This document shows, piece after piece, positions 13,046 to 24,800 of a DNA stretch of 64,000 bases (its first letter is position 1; each line of letters begins with the position of its first letter). The DNA is from Malacoraja senta. Taxonomy: Eukaryota. Location of the stretch: contig JAXLNO010000350.1 in assembly GCA_038087875.1 (NCBI GenBank), forward strand, positions 248,001 through 312,000, given 5' to 3'. Position numbers and translations under genes: made by a program. The notes under the pieces are model-generated. The model was not told the DNA's origin, made no database searches, and saw only the letters and a program-made list of their open reading frames with translations.

Positions 13046-14480
13046 TTGAGTCTGGAATTCTCTGCCAATAGACAAGATGAAAGATTTAGAGGTATAAGAC
13101 AAAGTGCGGGCCCGTTGGGTCCCAGTCACACGGGAGGCCTGGTCCCCCAACACAACCCGTTCCCCAATGCAACATTCCACCAATCACCCGTTCCCCCAAC
13201 GCAACCCGTTCCCCCAATGCAATATTCCACCACTCACCCATAACCCCTAACAGCGCAGGCACGGCTCATTTCCCTTCATGTGTGTGGCGAGGGGGGGGAA
13301 GTGGTGGGAGGGGAGGAGGGGTGTGTGGACGGGGAGGTGTAGGAGGAGGGGGGAGTGTGGAGGAGGGGGTGTGGGGGAGGTGTGTGTAGGCGGGAGGGGG
13401 AGGAGGGATGGGGGTGTGGGGGACGGTGTGTGTATGAGGGGGGGGGTGGGCAGGTGTGTGGGGGGGAGGGGTTAAGGGGGGATGGGTGTGAGCTGGGAGT
13501 AGGGATGTGGGTGCAGGGTGGGTTGTGAGGTGGAGAAGGGTTGTGGGGGGGTGGGTTGTGGGGGCTTGGAGGGTTTGTGGGGGAGGGGATTGTGAGGGAG
13601 GGGGTGTGTGGGGTGCGTGTGTGTGAGCGGGGGTGGGTGTTGGCAGGGGGACTTGTGGGGGGAGGGGTGTGGGCCTGGGGAGGGGGTTTGCGTGGAGGGA
13701 TAGGGGTATGAGGGCGAGGTGGGGGGATGTTTGTGGGGGGAGAGGGGTATGTGGGCGGGGGGTAGTGAGCTCGGAGAAAGGACGGGGAGGACCCATGGGG
13801 GAGAGGGGGGCATCACGGGGGAGGGGTAGGAGCCAGTGAGGGGGACCAGAGGCGAGTGCGATGGGGAATCACAGCGGCCGCTGGTCGTTCTCCTCTGCTG
13901 GGATCAGAGTCTCCGCTTTCCATTTGGTGACATCGGCATCATCTCCGACTCCGTGCTCGGCTGGGTCTCCGACGCTGGGCTGTTTGCGGCGGGGTTGCTT
14001 GGGGCTGGGCTGCTCGTTGCTGGGCTGGGCTGCTCGTTGCTGGGCTGGGCTGCTCGGGGCCGGGGTGGGCTGCTCGGGGCTGCTGCTCAGGGCTGGGCTG
14101 CCACGGGTCGCTCCGAAAGTCCGGTTGGAAACCTCCGCTGGCCATCCGCAGCTCCAGTAAAGACGCGATGGCGCAGGAAGGGGCGGTCCGTCCAGGGGAG
14201 TGATGTGGAAGAGACTAATCCGCGCGGCGCTGACTGGCAGGAGAAGAGATCAATCTGCACACGTGCGGTTTTTAAGATCTTTAAACTTCGCTAACTTTTA
14301 CGACATTCAACAGATTGGATCGAAAGTTGGTGCAGTTGCAGCACAGGAGAACGGTGAGTGATGAGGCGAAAAACCGTAGTGCTATAGCGAACCGTTTTTG
14401 CGCAAATAGAATGACCGCCAAACCGGAAGATAACAAGATCAGAGTTTTAGTTATGTACAGATAGATAGATATATGATAGA
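12541..14480 (-). mobile_element. Non-autonomous Helitron
   Basis: On the minus strand it starts TCT...ACTAAAACTCTGATCTTG and ends with hairpin GGACCCAACGGGTCC followed by CTAG|T. Both termini match the element at 56388-57297. Contains (TTGGG)n-like and G-rich tracts. Confidence 0.8.
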
Positions 14481-15364
14481 TAGTTTAGCAGAATGACGTG
14501 GACCTCATTGAAACTTACTGAATAGTTAAAGGCTTGGATAGAGTGGATGTGGAGAGGATGTTTCCACTTGTGGGAGAGTCTAGGACCAGAGGTCACAGCC
14601 TCAGAATTAAAGGACGTTCCTTTAGGAAGGAGATGAGGAGGAATTTCATTAGCAAGAGAGTGGTGAATCTGTGGGATTCATGGGTGGAGAGGACTCGATG
14701 GGCCGAATGGCCTGATTCTGCTCCAAGAACTTATGGAAGGAAGTGTCTTGTGTTTCAGGTCGTGTTCATCTACAATCCATCGAGTGTTTACATGGGATTT
14801 ATAAACGCTCCTGGTTTCTCCCGAGGGGAGGAATGTCGAATCCCGGGTTCCATCTCAACTACGACGCTCCCCTTTCTGAAGCAGGAAGAGGGGGAGACAG
14901 GGATCGATCCGGGATTTTCCCAGCAAGAACACGGAAAAGAATCCCATCTGTCTGAGGCGGTTTCTCAATCTTTCTTTGTGATATTGTGAAAGATTGGGTG
15001 GGGTTGAGAGAAAGAGGAGAGGGGAAGGAAGGAGGGGGCAGAAGGGAAGGAGTGTAGCGGAGAGGAGAGGGAGGGGGGAGGGAGAGTGGATGGGAGGAGA
15101 GGGAGATGGGGAGAGAGGGAGGGGGAGAAAGGGTTAACGTTTAGGTTTATTATTGTCACATGTACTGAGGGACAGTGAAAAGTTTGTTTTGCTTGTAAAC
15201 ATTAGATAATACAGTAGATAAACTATGACCCTCTCCCCTCCGGCCCCTTACACCCCCTTATGAGAGAGGGGACGGGGGAAGAATTATTTTTTAAGCCTTG
15301 TATATAAAAATAAATAAAATTGTTTAAATCAAGATGTATTCTCTGAACTTAATTTAAGGGGGTG

Positions 15365-15582
15365 TTGTGGCAGTCCTCACCTGCCCTCACCAAGATGGCC
15401 GCCGTCATCCCCTCACCAATCAGCGGCGCCGACCTCACCAAAGTGGCCACCGTCAACCAATCAGCGGCGCCGACCTCACCAAGATGGTCGCCCGGGCCCC
15501 GCCTCCCGATCGACCGCATCAAGATGGCGGCGGAGAAGCGTCAGTTGGTGTCGACGCTGCTGAGCGGCGGCCTAAGGTAAAT
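15365..15582 (+). promoter_or_regulatory. CpG-rich promoter/first exon with splice donor (probably for ZNF copy 2)
   Basis: Repeated CAAGATGGC (YY1 motif), CCAATCAG (NF-Y motif) and GGCCCCGCCTCC (GC box). Donor AAG|GTAAAT at 15577. Confidence 0.65.
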
Positions 15583-16039
15583 AATGTTATAAATCAGCCG
15601 GGGATTGAGCGGGATCGGGTCAATATGGGGGAGAAGTGAGGTAAATCACCACATAAAGTAACTACACGAACGTGTATCTATCTATCTATCTGTGGGGATA
15701 CACAACTGGGGTCAAACTGGTTCTAAACCAGCCTCCCCCTCTTATTCACTGAGGGAAATAACCTGATAAATACATCAATAAATAAATACATCAGCAGCGG
15801 AATAAATAAATAAATAAACCCGGTAAATGTGGGGGAGAGAGAGAGAGAGAGAGAGAGAGAGCTGAGGTAAATCACCACATAAATAAACTACACGTCTGGG
15901 GCAAAACTGGGCTCAATTATATCAACTCACCGTCTGGAGCAGCGTCCTGAGATAAAACACCTTATAAACATCTATCTCCCTCTCTCTGGCTCCCCCCCTC
16001 TCTGTAAATAATCAATAAATCACCAAACTACACGTCTGG

Positions 16040-16495
16040 GGGAATAAACCCGGTAAATCTGGGGTAAAACAGGTCAATAATGTTAGAAACCCACAGGGGA
16101 GTGAAATAAACCCGGTAAATCTGGGGTAAAACGGAGGTCAATGATGTTAGAAACCCACAGGGGAGTGAAATAAACCCGGTAAATCTGGGGTAAAACTGAG
16201 TAAATAATGTTAGAAACCCACAGGGGAGTGAAATAAACCCGGTAAATCTGGGGTAAAACTGAGGTCAATAATGTTAGAAACCCACAGGGGAGTGAAATAA
16301 ACCCGGTAAATCTGGGGTAAAACTGAGGTCAATAATGTTAGAAACCCACAGGGGAGTGAAATAAACCTGGTAAATCTGGGGTAAAACTGAGGTCAATAAT
16401 GTTAGAAACCCACAGGGGAGTGAAATAAACCCGGTAAATCTGGGGTAAAACTGAGGTCAATAATGTTAGAAACCCACAGGGGAGTGAAATAAATC
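16040..16495 (+). repeat. 64-bp minisatellite, ~7 copies
   Basis: Unit GAAATAAACCCGGTAAATCTGGGGTAAAACTGAGGTCAATAATGTTAGAAACCCACAGGGGAGT; period 64 (16261 vs 16325). About 2 more copies at 17695-17835. Confidence 0.95.
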
Positions 16496-16581
16496 AGCAA
16501 ACAGTAGACAACAGGTGCAGGAGGAGGCCATTCGGCCCTTCGAACCATTCAATGTGATCATGGCTGATCGTCCCCAATCAG

Positions 16582-17621
16582 TAACAATGTTACAAAATTT
16601 TGAGATTTTAAAAATAAAGTCTGCAATTTATCCCATCAGATAAACATAAAAAGAAGTTTAATTTGACACTTAATTCACTTTCATATCTTCAGTATTAAAG
16701 AAGTTATGGCCATTTTCATACTCGGAAATTAGCATCTAGTTCCCTATTGCTTTTCCATTGACTTAACACAAAAGCTGTGATCGAGGACAGTCAAAAGCCC
16801 ATAACTTTCTTAAAAATTAAGATAACTGAAAGAAATTTTCAGTTATTATAGATTGAAGCATTCTGAAACAAATATGAAACAATCTTACTTAGAAGACATG
16901 AAAGTAAAGCATATAATTAGTTAGTTACCTAATTGTAGCTAATTACAAAATTCAATTACTAGATCTAAACATCTATCAATTTCTTAAGAATAGATTAACA
17001 TTTTTAAATAGCCCAAGTGTCCAAATAACATTCACACAATAATTCACAATATAACATAATTTTTAAATCTCATTTTCATGAATTTACAGGCCAAATGGAA
17101 GGAATTGAATGTTTAATACCTGTAAATTAATGGCATTTAAATCATCTTGTGAGTGAGGATTTCTGGAACGCGATCTTTTGGAACGTTCATTTGCGGTGCA
17201 TTTAACCCCGTATTGGCATGAAAAATTCTGCCGTTAATTCGGGGAATAAAATCACAGTGTCGCATGAAAAAATGTGAATTAAAGGCTTCTTAAGAAGCAC
17301 TTTTATACATTTAAAGAAACCACTTTCGTTTACCTGTCCCGTGTGTGAAATCCGTCCCCGTTATCGGCGTTGACGCTTCAGGAGCTGCTTTTAAAATTAC
17401 TCTAGCGCTGAAATTGACGATTTAATAAAAATAAAAAACACACAAATCGCCACTAGGAACGATTCCTCGGCCAACGCTTGTACTCCAACGAAATATTAAC
17501 CAGGACAAGGGAGGAGAAACCCGCGTTTTAACCCCGCCCCCCCCTTAAAGGCGCCAAAATCGCGCACACGGCCAGTGGCAGAATTACAGCGCGACTGAAG
17601 GTAAGTTTTGTAACATACCTA
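16582..17621. mobile_element. ~1-kb non-coding DNA-transposon-like element, superfamily unassigned
   Basis: Imperfect terminal inverted repeats ATGTTACAAAA / TTTTGTAACAT. Absent from the paralogous region ~38850. Confidence 0.6.
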
Positions 17622-18910
17622 CTTATAAACATCTCCCTCTCTCTGGCTCCCCCCTCTCTGTAAATAATCAATAAATCACCAAACTCCACGTCTGGGGGAA
17701 TAAACCCGGGTAAATCTGGTGGAGACCTGAGGTCAATGATGTTAGAAACCCACAGGGGAGTGAAATAAACCTGGTAAATCTGGGGTAAAACTGAGGTCAA
17801 TAATGTTAGAAACCCACAGGGGAGTGAAATAAATCAGCAAACAGTAGACAACAGGTGCAGGAGGAGGCCATTCGGCCCTTCGAGCCAGCACCGCCATTCA
17901 ATGTGATCATGGCTGATCATCCCCAATCAGTACCCCATTCCTGCCTTCCCCACATATCCCCATATCTTTAAGAGCCCAATCTAGCTCTCTCTCGAAAGTA
18001 TCCAGAGAACCGGCCTCCAAGGGAGAGAATTCCACAGACTCACAACTCTCTGGGTGAAAAAGTCTTTCCTCATCTCCTTATTCTTAAACTGTGGCCCCTG
18101 GTTCTGGTCTCCCCCAACATCGGGAACATGTTTCCTGCCTCTAGCGTGTCCAAACCCTTAATAATCTTATGTATCAATAAGATAACCTCTCATCCTTCTA
18201 AATTCCAGAGCATACAAGCCCAGCCGCCCCAGTCTATCAACATATGACAGTCCCGCCATCCCTTGTGAACCTACGCTGCACTCCCTCAATAGCAAGAATG
18301 TCCAGTGGAGCGAAATAAACACGGCTATGGCGTCGTACCCAAAACATCCGACCCCTTGGTATAATAATTTTAAATCTGCTGTGATAACATTACATAAGAT
18401 GGCGTTTCATAAGAACGACATGAATCATCTGGCTGCCTTTCAAACCATGTGCTTAAAGTTTTGAGTCTAATGGTTGTAGCTATGCTATTTTATTGTTTAT
18501 TCTTGGGGGGAAAAAACATAATTCAATATGCTAAAAGAAAAAAATATATAGAAAGGACTATGACAAAATTAAAATTCCATTGAATTAAATAAAAATTATA
18601 AAATCATTATTCCAAAATCTATTAAACTAAGGCCACAGGTATGAGCTAAATGGCAAAAAAATCCCAAGTGCAATAGAAGTTATAAGTAAATGCACAGGTA
18701 TTTAAGTTTGTTACAAACGTTCATACCTAAAATTTATTAATAACGTCCTTAGGAACAGAATTGCTTCTGCCAGATCCTCATTCCTTGAATCCCCTTTAAT
18801 CTGATTCATTTATTTTCAGTGCTGAGAACATTCTCTCCACACGGACCTGAGTGGGTGGTATGGCTGTTACTATCATAGCTGCAAACGTTACTATTTCTGG
18901 ATAAGTAGGG

Positions 18911-20042
18911 ATGATGGGGAATTATAGACCAGTTATCCTGACATCGGTGATGGGGAAGATGCTGGTGTCAATTATTAAAGAAGTTATAATGGCTAATTTG
19001 GATAGCAATAAAAGGATTGGTCCAAGTCAGCATGGATTTATGAAGGGGAAATCCTGCTTGAATAATCTTCTGGCATTTTTTGAGGATGTGACAAGTAAAA
19101 TGGGTGAAGGAGAGCCAGTGGATGTAGTGTATCTGGTATTTCAGAAAGCCTTTGATAAGGCCCCATATAGGAGATTAGTGGACAAAATTAGAGCACATGG
19201 TATTGGAGGTAGGGTATTGACATGGATAGAGAATTGGTTGGCAGACAGGAAACAAAGAGTAGGAATAAACGGGTCCCTGTCAGAATGGCAGGCAGTGGTG
19301 AGTGGAGTGCCGCAAGGCTTGGTGCTGGGGCCACAACTATTTACAATATATATGAATGATTTAGATGATGGAATTAAAAGTAACACTAGCAAATTTGCAG
19401 ATGACACAAAGCTAGGTGGCAGTGTGAACTGCAAAGAGGATGCTAGGAGGTTGCAGGGTAACTTGGACAGGTTAAGTGAGTGGATACTACATGGAGATGT
19501 AGTATCATGTAGATCAACGTGAGGTTATCCACTTTGGCGGCAAGAACAAGGAGGCAGATTCTTATCTCAATGGTGTCAGATTAGGAAAAGGGGAAGTGCA
19601 ACGAGACCTGGGTGTTCTTGTACACCAGTCACTGAAAGTAAACATGCAGGTACAGAAGACAGTGAAGAAAGCTAATGGCATGTTGGCCTTCATAACGAGA
19701 GGATTTGAGTATAGGAGGTTCTTCTGCAGTTGTACAGGCCCCTGGTGAGACCACATCTGGAGTATTGTGTGCAGTTTTAGTCTCCTAATTTGACGAAGGA
19801 CATTCTTGCTATTGAGGCAGTGCAGGGTAGGTTCACGAGGTTAATCCCGGGATGGCGGGACTGTCATATGTGGAAAAATTGGAAAGACTGGGCTTTTATT
19901 CACTGGAAGTTATGATGAAAGGGTGATCTCATGGAAACACATTAAATTATAAAAGGACTGGACAAGCTGGATGCAGGAAAAATGTTCCCAATGTTTGGGA
20001 AGTTGGGAACCAGGGGCCACTATCATTAATATAAAGGGGAGG
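18911..20042 (+). mobile_element. CR1 LINE fragment (unit 2)
   Basis: RT ORF at 18911-19522 (YRPV, QHGF, KAFD, FADD), followed by the hAT-like element from 20043. Confidence 0.9.
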
Positions 20043-21628
20043 CAGGGCTCTCACTTAACTTTTTTTCTCTGTTGCCAACCGGGCAACCTTGACAGCTTTT
20101 TAGGTTTCCAAATGACAGTTTAGGTGGTCATTTAAGACGGTTTGCATGACGCGTGCGATAATGTGCTCGGACGAAGTGCGTAGTTACCAGTCGGAATTAT
20201 GCTCAATGAAGCATTCACGTATTATGTTCAAGAAGGAACTGCAGATGCTGGAAAATCGAAGGTAGACAAAAGTGCTGGAGAAACTCAGCGGGTGCAGCAG
20301 CATCTATGGAGCGAAGGAAATAGGCAACGTTTCAGGCCGAAACCCATCAGTCTGAAGAAGGGGTTCGCCCGAAACGTTGCCTATTTCCTTCGCTCCATAG
20401 ATGCTGCCGCATCCGCTGAGTTTCTCTAGCACTTTTGTCTACATTCACATATTATTTCTGCTTCAAATAACTCACAAACTAAACATATTCACCAATCAAG
20501 ACATGATATATACCACAATGACGCAGCAAAATTATAATACAATATCTCAACTCTTTTTACACATTGCAATTAATGCAATTTCTATTAGTTCTTTCCACTT
20601 CCAAACAAAAATGTGGTTGGATTATTCAGCATATGATCAACCTGTGTCAATAAATCCTGGACCATGGTAACATATATGCTTAACCATGCACACTACAGAT
20701 GGATGCAAGCATGTTCTCTGAAAGATCAAAAATTATCATGACATGGCCTTAGCATGGGTCGTTATTGCTATTGGTACAGAAACACTCTCGCTTCCCACAT
20801 AATTTATCGATAACAAAATATACAGGTTGCAAGGAAATTTCTAAAGGCATTTTATGATAATAGCTGTTAAAACCGACTATACCCATCTGACAGGTTAAAC
20901 ATTACACTAACTGACAAGAGATGGCCAAAGTACATAACTGCAGCAAATGTTCTTTTGGTAATATGTTTAACGGTGTCAAAACAAATAATAACATTGTGAA
21001 TTAAAACACATTTGATTGCATTCCGTTATCAAACATAGTCAATGTTCGCTCCGAAGACCATGAAGCACAATAGGGTCAGGGAGGGGGGGGGGGGTGAATC
21101 AACGCGGGATGGATAGATGGGGGGGGGGGGGGGGGGGGCGGGGGGAGGGTGTTGAGAAGGCAATCGGTGCGGAATGGATGGATTGAAGCAGGTGAATTAG
21201 TACGTGTTGGTTGGAGTATGTAAAATTGTGAGGGAAGAGCACGGGGGATGTCAGTGGTGTTGAATGGGGGGTTCAGTACGGGATGGATGGGGGGGATCAG
21301 TACAGGATGAATGGGGGTCAGTACAGGATGAATGGGGGTAGACATAAATGCTGGAGAAACTCAGCGGGTGAGGCAGCATCTATGGAGCGAAGGAAATAGG
21401 CAACGTTTCCGGTCGAGACCCGTCTTCAGACTGTTCCACCCCATTCTTCTTGAATGGGGGATCAGTACAGGATGAATGGGGGGGTGGGGGTCAGGACAGT
21501 GGATCGGAGGGTCTGTGCAGGACGAATGGGGGATCACTACAGGATGAATGAGGGGATCAGTATGGGATGAATGGGGGATCAGTACAGGATGAATGGGTGA
21601 TCAGTAAAAGATGAATGGGGAATCACTA

Positions 21629-21828
21629 NNNNNNNNNNNNNNNNNNNNNNNNNNNNNNNNNNNNNNNNNNNNNNNNNNNNNNNNNNNNNNNNNNNNNNNN
21701 NNNNNNNNNNNNNNNNNNNNNNNNNNNNNNNNNNNNNNNNNNNNNNNNNNNNNNNNNNNNNNNNNNNNNNNNNNNNNNNNNNNNNNNNNNNNNNNNNNNN
21801 NNNNNNNNNNNNNNNNNNNNNNNNNNNN
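21629..21828. other. Assembly gap (200 N)
   Basis: Run of N. The flanks correspond to ~2775 and ~8515 of unit 1, so several kb may be missing. Confidence 0.98.
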
Positions 21829-22968
21829 GAGGAGCACCAACGCACCCACACTGGCGAGCGCCCCTTCACCTGCGCCCAGTGCGGCAAGGGCTTCACCAGC
21901 TCCGGTAACCTGCTGTCCCACCAGCGGGTGCACTCCGACAAGAGGCCCTTTGTCTGCTCCGACTGCGGCAAGGACTTCAAGTGGGGGAACAAGCTGAAGA
22001 TCCACCGAAAGTTGCACACGGGCGAGAAGCCCTATGGCTGCTCCACCTGTGGCAAGAGCTTTGCCTCGTTGTCGAGGCTGCAGGAGCATCAGCAGGTGCA
22101 CAGCGGTGAGCGGCCCTTCACCTGCTCCGACTGCGGCAAAGACTTCAAGACGTCTATGAACCTGAAGAAGCACCGGCGTCTGCACAGCAGTGAGCGGCCC
22201 TACACCTGCAGCGACTGTGGCAAGGGATTCATCGACTCCAGCAAGCTGGTGGTGCACCAGCGCGCCCACTCCGGCGAACGCCCCTTCACCTGTACCCAGT
22301 GCGGCAAGGGCTTCACCCAGTCCAGCAGCCTGCTGTACCATCAGCGTACACACACCGGCGAACGCCCCTTCACCTGCACCCAGTGCGGCAAATGCTTCAC
22401 CCAGTCCAACAGCCTGCTGAGACACCAGCTTACCCACACCGGCGAGCGCCCCTTCACATGCACCCAGTGCGGCAAAAGCTTCACCTGCTCCAAAGCCCTG
22501 CTGTACCACCAGCGCACTCACACCGGCGAACGCCCCTACACCTGCACCCAGTGCGGCAAGGGCTTCACCGGCTCCAGCACCCTGCTGAGGCACCAGCGCA
22601 CTCACACCGGCGAACGCCCCTACACCTGCACCCAGTGCGGCAAGAGCTTCATCCAATCCACCAGCCTGCTGTACCACCAGCGAGTGCATGACTGCGAGCG
22701 TCCAGTCCCTAGCCCGGTGTGTGGAGAGCGCTTTGCCATGGCCTCCCACGCCCTGTCTCACCAGCACATGCACACCAGTGGCCAGCCCTACGACTGCCCG
22801 AACTGTGGTGAGACGTTTGACAGCTCGCGGAGTTTGCGGCAGCACCGGCGGACCCACGCTGGCGAGCAGCTGCTTCCACTGTTTCAAGAGGGCACGGGGG
22901 CTGCAGGAGTACCAGCGGATACACAGACCATGATGGAGGTGAGGACAGACTCTACGATGGCCGTATAA
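21829..22968 (+). CDS. C2H2 zinc-finger paralog (copy 2), 5' part hidden in the assembly gap
   Basis: Open frame from the gap edge to TAA at 22966-22968, with the same C-terminal tail (LLPLFQEGTGAAG...) as copy 3. Confidence 0.88.
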   Translation, partial: EEHQRTHTGERPFTCAQCGKGFTSSGNLLSHQRVHSDKRPFVCSDCGKDFKWGNKLKIHRKLHTGEKPYGCSTCGKSFASLSRLQEHQQVHSGERPFTCSDCGKDFKTSMNLKKHRRLHSSERPYTCSDCGKGFIDSSKLVVHQRAHSGERPFTCTQCGKGFTQSSSLLYHQRTHTGERPFTCTQCGKCFTQSNSLLRHQLTHTGERPFTCTQCGKSFTCSKALLYHQRTHTGERPYTCTQCGKGFTGSSTLLRHQRTHTGERPYTCTQCGKSFIQSTSLLYHQRVHDCERPVPSPVCGERFAMASHALSHQHMHTSGQPYDCPNCGETFDSSRSLRQHRRTHAGEQLLPLFQEGTGAAGVPADTQTMMEVRTDSTMAV

Positions 22969-23310
22969 AACTGGACCATCATTGCCTGTGGCAGATTGTG
23001 TAATCTCTGCTGCCGCAGGAAGTACATTGTCTGTTAGGCCTTTTTGAATGTGGAGTCTATGGTGGCTTCCCATTGATCTAACCAACACTGATCTATTCTA
23101 CATTTTCCCTGATCTCCATTCCCTTTGTCCTGTTTTCACTCCTTACACTTCCTCATCTCTGTATCTCCCATCAGAGTGAAGGTTTAGTAGCTATTTCACT
23201 TAACTCAGTACGTTATAACTATAACCATTTACCTTTAAATTTTATCTGCCTGTAATTGTGTGGGTGGGAATTATACGTAGTCTAAGGCGTGTTCGCGGCT
23301 GGGATTCTAG

Positions 23311-24258
23311 CCCAGCGGTATGAACATTGGCTTCTCCAATTTCAGGTAGTCCTTGCTTTCTCCCTCCTTCCCCTCCCATTCCCAGCTCTCCCACAGCCTA
23401 CTGTCACCGCCTCTTCCTTTCTTTGTCCAGACCCCCCCCGAAATCAGTCTGAAGAAGGGTCAGCCCGAAACGTCGCCTATTCCTTCGCTCCATAGATGCT
23501 GCCTCACCCGCTGATTTTCTCCAGCTTTGTCTACCAACGGGATCCCCCCACTGGCCACATCTTCCCATCTCCTCCCCTGTCGGCTTTCCGCAGAGACCGC
23601 TCCCTCCGTAACTCACTGGTCAATTCGTCACTTCCCACCCAAACCACCCCCTCTCCTGGCACTTTCCCTTGCTACCGCAGGAAATGGTACACTTGTCGCT
23701 TTACCTCCCCCCTTGACTCCATTCAAGGACCCAAGCCGTCTTTCCATGTGTGGCAGAGGTTCACGTGCACCTCCTCCAACCTCATCTATTGCATCCGCTG
23801 CTCTAGGTGTCTGCTGCTCTACATCGGTGAGACCAAGCATAGGCTTGGCGATCGCTTTATCCAACACCTCCGCTCGGTTCGCAATAACGAACATGATCTC
23901 CCGGTGGCTCAGCACTTCAACTCCCACTTCCGTTCCGAATCCGACCTTTCTGTCCTGGGCCTCCTCCATGGCCAGAGTGAGGCCCACCGTAAATTGGAGG
24001 AGCAGCACCTCATATTTTGTTTGGGCAGTTTACACCCCAGCGGTATGAAAATTGACTTCTCCAATTTCAGGTAGTCCCTGCTATCTCTTCCGCTTCCCAT
24101 CTCTCCCTCAGCCCACTGTCTCCGCCTCTTCCTTTCTTCTTCCCACCCCCCCACACCCTCACATCAGTCTGAAGAAGGGTGTCGACCCGAAACGTCTCCT
24201 ATTTCCTTCGCTCCATAGATGCTGCCTCACCCGCTGAGTTTCTCCAGCATTTTTGTCA
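23311..24258 (+). mobile_element. Penelope-like element fragments (GIY-YIG domain) in tandem
   Basis: NLIYCIRCSRC...YIGET...RL..RF..H motif in ORF 23496-24074, with repeated 3' terminal region. Confidence 0.88.
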
Positions 24259-24284
24259 ACCCATTCACACAAGTTCTGTTATCC

Positions 24285-24800
24285 CACATTCCTCACCCAC
24301 TCCCTACACACGAGGGGCAATTTTACAGAGACAAGTTAACCTACAAAGCCAATGCGTCTTTGGGATGTGGGAGGAAACCTACATGCTTGCAGGGAGAATG
24401 TGCAAATTCAACACAGGCAGTGCCCGTGGACAGGATCGAACACAGATCTCTGGCGTGTGAGGCAGCAAGTCCAGCAGCTGTGCCACTATATTTTATTTTA
24501 CAACACACAAAAAATTATACGTTGATAATTTTGGTTAATAAAAAAAAGAAACTATCCTTTTTCAGTCTTAAATCTCTAAGTGACGCAAAGTCCCCCTTTA
24601 CAGCTACTGTTTGTTTTAATTCAATTCAAGACTATGGGGCAGTACATTGGCCATAAAGTTGCTGCCTAAAATTGCCAGAGACCCGGAATTGATCCTGAAT
24701 ATGGGTGCTGTCTGTAGGGAGTTTGCTCCTTTTCACTTTGATCACATGGGTTTTCTCCGGATGCTCTTGTTTCCTTCCACATTCCAAAGGTGTGCAGGAA
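24285..24800. mobile_element. Two divergently oriented tRNA-derived V-SINE/HE1-like SINEs (~24285-24487 minus, ~24635-24798 plus)
   Basis: V-SINE-like core GGAGTTTGC...TGGGTTTTCTCCGG.TGCTC..GTTTCC..CCACATTCCAAAG. Paralogs at 59720-59925 and 60070-60235. Confidence 0.65.

Noticed and set aside
11604..13816. Pro/Gln/Asn-rich ORFs (QPNPTQ..., PPPHT...)
   Set aside because: Translations of pentamer and G-rich low-complexity tracts inside Helitrons.
16040..16495. 64-bp array as a CRISPR-like locus
   Set aside because: Units are contiguous and near-identical with no unique spacers, there are no cas genes, and the context is eukaryotic.
18820..18857. Possible small internal exon (TTTTCAG|...|GTATGG)
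   Set aside because: Both the acceptor context and this donor are altered in the unit 3 paralog (~39486-39526), and it would contain an in-frame stop after the exon-1 ATG.
21601..23088. Long antisense ORFs over the ZNF exons (also 8850-9629, 54149-54943, 55088-55699)
   Set aside because: Shadow frames caused by the high-GC3 repetitive finger codons; this one also runs through the N gap.
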